Source: Lachnospiraceae bacterium
Lineage (GTDB): Bacteria; Bacillota; Clostridia; Lachnospirales; Lachnospiraceae
DNA: 64,000 nucleotides
Direction of reading: 5' to 3'
Assembly (NCBI GenBank): GCA_021769135.1
Contig: JAETTM010000001.1
Coordinates: 12,366 to 76,365 of the forward strand
The translations under genes and the position numbers were made by a program. This document shows, piece by piece, positions 39,728 through 46,169 of the stretch (positions are counted from its first letter, which is position 1; every line of letters starts with the position of its first letter). A model generated the notes under the pieces. That model searched no databases. It was not told where the DNA came from and saw only the letters and a list, made by a program, of their open reading frames with translations.

Positions 39728-40844
39728 AATTTTTGTTTATATCCTGATATATTTTCTCAATCTCTTTTATTTGTTGATTAGTGTCAAATCCTTTCATCAT
39801 AATAATCTTGCTTCTATCTTCTCTCTTTTTCTGAAATGATGCCTTTTTTATCTTCTGAATCCACTCTTCACGATTTGACAACGGTATGCGCTCCGTTCCC
39901 TCAATAATCAAAGCCTCTTGCGGAATCCCTTCGCTACAAAGGCATTCTAATCCACTACATTGTGCCTCCAATAAAACAAGTGGAAATCCTTCCAATAGAG
40001 AAGGCAATACAAAGACATCCATAGCCTGATAATAAGACTCAGTATCTTCTTTTTTACCTACGAAGGTAACCAAATCCATTATTCCAAGCTCCTTTACTAT
40101 TTTTTCCAAATTTTCCCGTAAGGAACCATCTCCTACAATAAGCAAGGCAGCATGGCTAATTTCCTTATGGATTTCAGCAAATATCTCTATCAAAAACTGT
40201 TGATTTTTCACGCGTTCTAATCTGCCAATATGCCCTATTACGAACTTATCTTGTAATTTGAGCCGTTCTCTTATCCGTTCCCTGGATTTTGGGGAAAACG
40301 CAAATCTTTTCGTATCAATCGTGTTTTTAATAAACTTAATTTTTTCTTTTGGTACGGCATCTCCATAAAGCCAATCCGAAGCACTTTGTGAACATGAGAA
40401 ATAGTAATCAGCTAAACTTGCATTGATTTTCCTTTTTATTTCTATATGCCTTTTAAACAATTCTGCTTCTTCATCTGCATTTTTAGCTTTTGATATACCT
40501 GTACTATGCGCATGAATAATAACCTTAATTCCTTTCTCCTTTGCCATTACCTCAACAATAGTGCTCTTCCAAAAACTTGTATGTATCTCTATTGCATCGT
40601 ATTTTTGATTTAGCACATTTCGAAATTCAGCAATAAATGTCTCCATATTTTCCTCTGGATATGCAGATATCCGATACACTTGACAGCCATTATTGATAAA
40701 TTCTTCTGCAAAATCAATTGTTTTACTAAATGTCACAAAATCAAAATGCACCTTGCTTTTATCCATACATCGCCAAATATTCGTTATGTATTGCGTATAT
40801 CCTCCTTTCGATGCTGCAATTGCAAATTGAAGTATTCTTACCAT
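39714..40844 (-). CDS. GT4 (GT-B) glycosyltransferase
   Basis: Start at MVRILQF (GGGGAGAAAG SD). GHIGRLERVKNQ..LPSLLEGFPLVLLEAQCSGL. Confidence 0.85.
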   Translation of the reverse strand: MVRILQFAIAASKGGYTQYITNIWRCMDKSKVHFDFVTFSKTIDFAEEFINNGCQVYRISAYPEENMETFIAEFRNVLNQKYDAIEIHTSFWKSTIVEVMAKEKGIKVIIHAHSTGISKAKNADEEAELFKRHIEIKRKINASLADYYFSCSQSASDWLYGDAVPKEKIKFIKNTIDTKRFAFSPKSRERIRERLKLQDKFVIGHIGRLERVKNQQFLIEIFAEIHKEISHAALLIVGDGSLRENLEKIVKELGIMDLVTFVGKKEDTESYYQAMDVFVLPSLLEGFPLVLLEAQCSGLECLCSEGIPQEALIIEGTERIPLSNREEWIQKIKKASFQKKREDRSKIIMMKGFDTNQQIKEIEKIYQDINKNYDKV

Positions 40845-40860
40845 ATTATCTTTCTCCCCA

Positions 40861-41904
40861 TTAAATTTTTCTTCTATTCTCCGCCATCTCCACCCCCGCA
40901 AAAATAGCGTCCATCATACTCTCCTCATTTGCCCTGCCTTCCCCCGCTTTTCCAAAAGCCGTTCCATGGTCCACCGAAGTCCGGACAATGGGTAATCCAA
41001 TGGTACAGTTAATACCACTTACCGAGTCATACATATTCTTCTGCAAATCATATTTAAATCCACTCAATTTCAGTGGAATATGACCTTGGTCATGATACAT
41101 GGCCACCACAATATCAAATTGCCCGGCCTGACATTTTACAAAAACTGTATCCGGTGATTCCGGCCCGGTCACATCAATCCCCTCTTTTCTCGCTTCCTCT
41201 ATAGCGGGCAGAATCTCCTGTGTTTCTTCCGTTCCAAAAAGGCCGTTCTCTGAACAATGGGGATTCAAGCCTGATACTCCAATTTTAGGGTGCGCATATC
41301 CCAGTTGCCGCATCCCCTCCTGCGCCAGCCGGATAACCTTTAGCACCCGTTCTTTCTTCACTCTGTCACAGGCCTCCCGTAGCGAACAGTGTGTGGATAC
41401 ATGTATCACCCTTAACGTCTTGCTGGCAAGCAGCATGGCAAAATCTTTCGTATTAGTATAATCCGCAAAAATTTCCGTATGTCCACTGTAATGATGCCCT
41501 GACATGTTAATAGATTCTTTGCTAATTGGCGCCGTCACCACTGCCTGCACATTACCCTCCATTGCCTGCTTAATTCCATATATTACATATTGAAAAGATG
41601 CTTCCCCGCATTTTGCACTGTTTTGTTTATACTCCCACTCGCCTGGCCTAATTTTTTTCATGTCAATAAAATCAATGTAGCCAAACTCCCCTTTGGCTTC
41701 TGACACATCTGCCACTTTGCGCAGTTTAACAGGCAGACTGCAAAAACAAATAGCATCTGCCAGCGCTGCATAATCACCGATTACCACCGGTATGCACTTC
41801 TTATATATGTCCACATGGCTCAGTGCCTTTACAATGATTTCCGAACCAACCCCTGCCGGGTCACCCATAGTAATAGCGATTCTCATCCTTTTTCCCTGGC
41901 TCAT
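40861..41904 (-). CDS. PdxA-family NAD-dependent 4-phospho-hydroxyacid dehydrogenase
   Basis: RIAITMGDPAGVGSEI..YSGHTE..IHVSTHCSL..DHGTAFGKAG. Its ATG overlaps the stop of the upstream cytidylyltransferase (ATGA). Confidence 0.88.
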   Translation of the reverse strand: MSQGKRMRIAITMGDPAGVGSEIIVKALSHVDIYKKCIPVVIGDYAALADAICFCSLPVKLRKVADVSEAKGEFGYIDFIDMKKIRPGEWEYKQNSAKCGEASFQYVIYGIKQAMEGNVQAVVTAPISKESINMSGHHYSGHTEIFADYTNTKDFAMLLASKTLRVIHVSTHCSLREACDRVKKERVLKVIRLAQEGMRQLGYAHPKIGVSGLNPHCSENGLFGTEETQEILPAIEEARKEGIDVTGPESPDTVFVKCQAGQFDIVVAMYHDQGHIPLKLSGFKYDLQKNMYDSVSGINCTIGLPIVRTSVDHGTAFGKAGEGRANEESMMDAIFAGVEMAENRRKI

Positions 41905-42338
41905 ATACTATCTCCGCTCATGATTTTCTCCCGGATTTCCGTAGTGGAAATTCCTTTTGTATAGGGAACATACACCACATCCACATTTACTTTAGCAAGC
42001 ACCTTTTCAAACTGATTCCACCGCGGTGTTCCTTTCCAGTCATCGCCGATGAACACCACATCAAAGTGGTACAGTTCCCACAGCTTTAGTTTATCCCGAA
42101 ACCGATTGATTTCCGCCCGGTCCACCCCTTTCACCGACTCTATAATTCTTTTTCTATCATTTTCATTAATAATTGGCCGACAATGCTTATATTCTTCCAC
42201 CACATCGTCTCCATGTACCCCTACTATCAAATATTCACAATTTTGTTTTGCTGTTTGAATCATGTTTAAATGCCCTATATGGAACAAATCGTATACCCCG
42301 TCCGTATAACCAATTTTATATTTCCTCTTTTCTTCCAA
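41901..42338 (-). CDS. TagD-like HxGH cytidylyltransferase
   Basis: 145 aa. IGYTDGVYDLFHIGHLNMIQTAK..YLIVGVHGDD..STTEIREKI. Confidence 0.88.
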   Translation of the reverse strand: MEEKRKYKIGYTDGVYDLFHIGHLNMIQTAKQNCEYLIVGVHGDDVVEEYKHCRPIINENDRKRIIESVKGVDRAEINRFRDKLKLWELYHFDVVFIGDDWKGTPRWNQFEKVLAKVNVDVVYVPYTKGISTTEIREKIMSGDSI

Positions 42339-42430
42339 TGTCTGTCGCTCCTTAAATGTAACAGTTCAGCCTCCCTTAACGCTCTGCTTCCTCTATACTA
42401 GAAAATAGCCTTATACTATCTATCAATGCT

Positions 42431-43267
42431 TTAGTTCTCCGGCAATTTAAGTTCTGACACCGGATGCACCTTGCGTTTATCTTTTGGCGGAAGCTCCATA
42501 TAGTTTCCATATTTTACTTTCAGATAGCCGTCATAGTCCATCGCCCCAGGAAGGTTCATATCCGCAAACCGATATTCCGCCAACTGTGTATACCACTTTC
42601 TCTCATATCCGTATACCCTTTTCGGAGTCGGAAATGTGAGGATACGCACCAGCTTAGTTTTTTTCTTTTGTCCATCATCAATAAATTTCTGATAACGATT
42701 TACAATCATTTTCATCGGAATATGTCTAAGCAAATGATAAATACATCGTATCCCTGTATTTTTTTCTACCCTGCTTCCCACTTCCGACCAAAACAGCTTG
42801 CGAAATAAAAAACATCGGAAAAAATGGATTCTCCTGGAAAGCCACCCATCCGGCACATTGTCAAAAGGCATAAGGTCTATAAAAATTCCCTGCTCATAAG
42901 GCATAAATTCCTGTCCAAGCCTTGTAAACACCGTATTTTTCCTGCGAAGCTTGCCATATCCCCAGCGGTATCCTTCCGTATCCCGCAAATCCTGCATATA
43001 ATATTTTTCATGGTTCAGCTCTGTTTTACATGCTTTTCGGAATTTTTCATACTCCGTTCGAAGGAACCCAATGTCCGCATCATCATCCCATGGAATATGC
43101 CCTTTATGACGGATAGCTCCGAGCATCGTTCCTCCGACCATATTGAAATGAATATTGCACTTTTGGCATATTCGTTTTACCTCACCAATCAATTCCCTCT
43201 GAACGCCCTGAATCTGCCCCAACTCTTTTTCTGATATACAATATTGTTGCATTTTACTATTACTCAC
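42431..43267 (-). CDS. LicD-family phosphotransferase
   Basis: LIGEVKRICQKCNIHFNMVGGTMLGAIRHKGHIPWDDDADIGF. Confidence 0.88.
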   Translation of the reverse strand: MSNSKMQQYCISEKELGQIQGVQRELIGEVKRICQKCNIHFNMVGGTMLGAIRHKGHIPWDDDADIGFLRTEYEKFRKACKTELNHEKYYMQDLRDTEGYRWGYGKLRRKNTVFTRLGQEFMPYEQGIFIDLMPFDNVPDGWLSRRIHFFRCFLFRKLFWSEVGSRVEKNTGIRCIYHLLRHIPMKMIVNRYQKFIDDGQKKKTKLVRILTFPTPKRVYGYERKWYTQLAEYRFADMNLPGAMDYDGYLKVKYGNYMELPPKDKRKVHPVSELKLPEN

Positions 43268-43308
43268 TTTTTCTTCCCTTTATTATCATAAACTTTTCTT
43301 ACAAAATT

Positions 43309-44475
43309 TTATTTCCCTGCGGGTTCACATTCTGTTAAATAATTAGTAAAAACGCCCGTTACATTCATTCTTCTAAGTGCCGAATACTCATCAACAGAAT
43401 CCGTACTGAAAGCAAATATTTTAATATTTTTATCTGTAAAAATCCTTATTAACTTCTTCCACTCCAAGCAGGCATCTACCGGCATCGCTATTACTTTTAC
43501 ACCATATTTATGACAGAGGATGACTGTATTCATGAAATAAGACCATTGTGGATTTCTATATTGTGTAAAAATCATGTTGAATTCTTTTTCCTTTGCAATC
43601 TTAATTGTCTCTTCATCATATACTTCCATAATAACTTGACCTTTCAAGACACCTCTTTCATTACTATCATCACAAATAGTTTGGATAAGCCTGTCGATTT
43701 CATTTACCAGAAGACAATATTCATCATGATCTTTCCATTTAGTATCAATAAGACAGTGCATCTCTCTATGCTTTTTTAAAAGCATGAGCAGGTCTTTTGC
43801 TGTCATCATCGAATACTGTTCCTCTTCCAATTCCCAGCAACGTTCCCAATCATGCAGCAATACTAATTCCCCATTATATAAACGCGTCAAATCACATTCT
43901 AAAAGCTTAAATTTTTTCTTTACCGAATATTCAAAAGCTTCTTTTGAATTTGAATACATCATTCTTTTTCCATTAACAATTCCACCACAAGCATGGGAAA
44001 TCATTCTGCCTTTGTTGTACCATTCTTCCACTTTTTCTTCGCAAGCCGGAATCTTTGAATAAATATCAAACATAGTTCTATATTCTGTAACAATATTTAT
44101 TATTTTTTGTGGTTCAAAATATATCTTTTTTATAAGATTTATATCAATATCATCTATATTTCCCACACAATATCGTTTAATATCCTTTGCAACAAATACT
44201 TGAATTTTTTCCTTTTCAATCCCCATATCTATTAACTGTTCTTTAATTCCCTCATATGCTGATAATGCCGTTACCAAAATATAGTCTACAGCCTTCTCGC
44301 AAACCAACTGTTTGGAAGCAGCCATAATAGGAATATTCCTATAACAAATCCCATGCTTCGTTTCATCATTATCAAAAAATAATACTATTTCCGTATTTAA
44401 TGGATTGATTCCTTCTATGATAGCATTTAAAATGCCATCACTGATTCCCCAAATTGCAATTCGAACTTTTTTCAT
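43309..44475 (-). CDS. N-terminal Rossmann-like module fused to a glycerophosphodiester-phosphodiesterase-like (GDPD) domain
   Basis: VRIAIWGISDGILNAI..FFDNDETKHGICYRNIPI, then ISHACGG..YSNSKEAFEYSVKKKFKLLECDL..GELVLLHDW. Confidence 0.7.
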   Translation of the reverse strand: MKKVRIAIWGISDGILNAIIEGINPLNTEIVLFFDNDETKHGICYRNIPIMAASKQLVCEKAVDYILVTALSAYEGIKEQLIDMGIEKEKIQVFVAKDIKRYCVGNIDDIDINLIKKIYFEPQKIINIVTEYRTMFDIYSKIPACEEKVEEWYNKGRMISHACGGIVNGKRMMYSNSKEAFEYSVKKKFKLLECDLTRLYNGELVLLHDWERCWELEEEQYSMMTAKDLLMLLKKHREMHCLIDTKWKDHDEYCLLVNEIDRLIQTICDDSNERGVLKGQVIMEVYDEETIKIAKEKEFNMIFTQYRNPQWSYFMNTVILCHKYGVKVIAMPVDACLEWKKLIRIFTDKNIKIFAFSTDSVDEYSALRRMNVTGVFTNYLTECEPAGK

Positions 44476-44546
44476 GGAAATTGCTCCTTTTCAGAATACT
44501 GCCTTCTGCAAATGCCCTTGACTATATTTTCTATACGTTCATATCC

Positions 44547-45890
44547 TCATACGTGCAATCTTTTTTCGTCATGCATAAATTTTTCCATAATTTCTGCAAT
44601 AGCAAGGGATTCTTCCCCTGTCAGCTTAAATCTACTTTTATCATCTCCGTTAATCATATTGATAAAGTCCTTGATTTCATACCGAAGCCCGTTCCCTAAA
44701 AACCTCTCGGAATATTTATCTACACGGGAAACATCTTCATAATGGACTTCAAAATAAGTTGTCTTCCACCATGGTGCTTCCACCACGATATATCCTTTGG
44801 TTCCTGCAATCAAAAGCCTTCCCTCTGATTTTACGCCCAGGCCGCAGGTTGCCGTAGCAATTCCCTTTGAATAACAGAAAGAAGCCTTCGTAAAAAGATC
44901 CACTCCATTCTTATCATGTATTATATCAAACCTAATATCATCATATTGATATCCAAACAACTTGATAATCGGGAGCAGGCAATAGCTCGCCAACTCTGTA
45001 AAACTGCCTCCATACTTCTCATCTGTCAGTTCTCTGCTGCCTGCATTCTCCAGCTTGGTAAAGCAAGCATCAATATAACGAATAGTTCCAATAGTTCCAC
45101 TACAGGCAATTCCTAACAATTTTTCAAATCCTGGGCAATATGCTGTCTTAATTCCCTCCACCAATATCAGTTGATGTTGCCTGGCATATGCAAAAAGTTC
45201 TTCCGCCTGTTCACGCCGAAGCACCATAGGCTTCTCGCATAGTACATGCTTTCCATGTTCCAGAGCAAACTTCACATATTCATAGTGAAACTGATGTGGT
45301 GATGCTACATAGACCACATCCACATCTCTACAAAATGATTTCAAATCATCATAAGCATCTATCTCCCACTTTCGTGCAAAAGCTTCCGCGCTTTCTTTAT
45401 GGGGATTGTATACTCCTTGTGCGCTGATACCGCTGACCAGCTTTGCCTCTGGTATAAAGCGGTTGGCTATCCTTCCAGTACCAATAATTCCTGCTTTCAA
45501 AATCCGTTTGTTCTGTTCCCTGAGCATAGTGCTGGATATATTTTTTGTCCGCTCCAGATAGACTACTTTACAGAAATCGTTGATAAAGTCAAATGTTCCT
45601 GTCCAGTCGGAGCCCACTGTAAAAATATCCACACTATACTTCTTGATATCATTTATTTTTTGACCCAGTGTCTCTTCCACAATAATTTCATCGGCAAACC
45701 CAGTCTTTTTCACATTTTCCATACGAGTCAGCAAAGGATCTACCACATTGAGTTTCCCTCTCTCAATATCATATTTCTCGCTGGTTACTCCCACAATCAG
45801 ATAATCGCCAAGCGCTTTCGCCCTTTGCAGTAAACGGTAATGGCCTTCATGGAATAAATCAAATGTACCATACGTAATTACTTTCACCAT
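44547..45890 (-). CDS. Bifunctional HxGH cytidylyltransferase / Gfo-Idh-MocA oxidoreductase
   Basis: VITYGTFDLFHEGHYRLLQRAK..YLIVGVTSE..SSTMLR, then ILKAGIIGTGRIANRF..VYVASPHQFHYEY..GKHVLCEKP. Confidence 0.85.
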   Translation of the reverse strand: MVKVITYGTFDLFHEGHYRLLQRAKALGDYLIVGVTSEKYDIERGKLNVVDPLLTRMENVKKTGFADEIIVEETLGQKINDIKKYSVDIFTVGSDWTGTFDFINDFCKVVYLERTKNISSTMLREQNKRILKAGIIGTGRIANRFIPEAKLVSGISAQGVYNPHKESAEAFARKWEIDAYDDLKSFCRDVDVVYVASPHQFHYEYVKFALEHGKHVLCEKPMVLRREQAEELFAYARQHQLILVEGIKTAYCPGFEKLLGIACSGTIGTIRYIDACFTKLENAGSRELTDEKYGGSFTELASYCLLPIIKLFGYQYDDIRFDIIHDKNGVDLFTKASFCYSKGIATATCGLGVKSEGRLLIAGTKGYIVVEAPWWKTTYFEVHYEDVSRVDKYSERFLGNGLRYEIKDFINMINGDDKSRFKLTGEESLAIAEIMEKFMHDEKRLHV

Positions 45891-45894
45891 ACTA

Positions 45895-46080
45895 TTATCC
45901 TCCGTTCCTATTTCCAGCTACAAACCGATAAATCTTTTCCCTGCATGTTCCGCCATTTTTCCGCGAATAATGAGGCTTATTCCCTTGAGCAATTATCCAT
46001 TCACCATCTCCATCCTGGTAAAATTCGGTTACGATTTCTCCCCGCCAGTCATCCGCATCTACGGGCTCCAATCTAATAAT
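45895..46080 (-). pseudogene. Remnant of a second TagF-like paralog
   Basis: The minus-strand frame reads IIRLEPVDADDWRGEIVTEFYQDGDGEWIIAQGNKPHYS|RKNGGTCREKIYRFVAGN. In the intact neighbour (46170-48800) the matching stretches are EEPSEEDWRGEIITGFRRDGYDEWKITQGNKLYYS and DGTCGEKIYRFAAT. The roughly 380 codons between these two blocks are missing. Confidence 0.5.
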
Positions 46081-46169
46081 TCAAAGCAACATATGTCCAT
46101 TCTATCATTGCCAATCAAATACCCAACCCAACCAATGGTTGGGTTTAAACACAACATTTAGCGCGTTGC

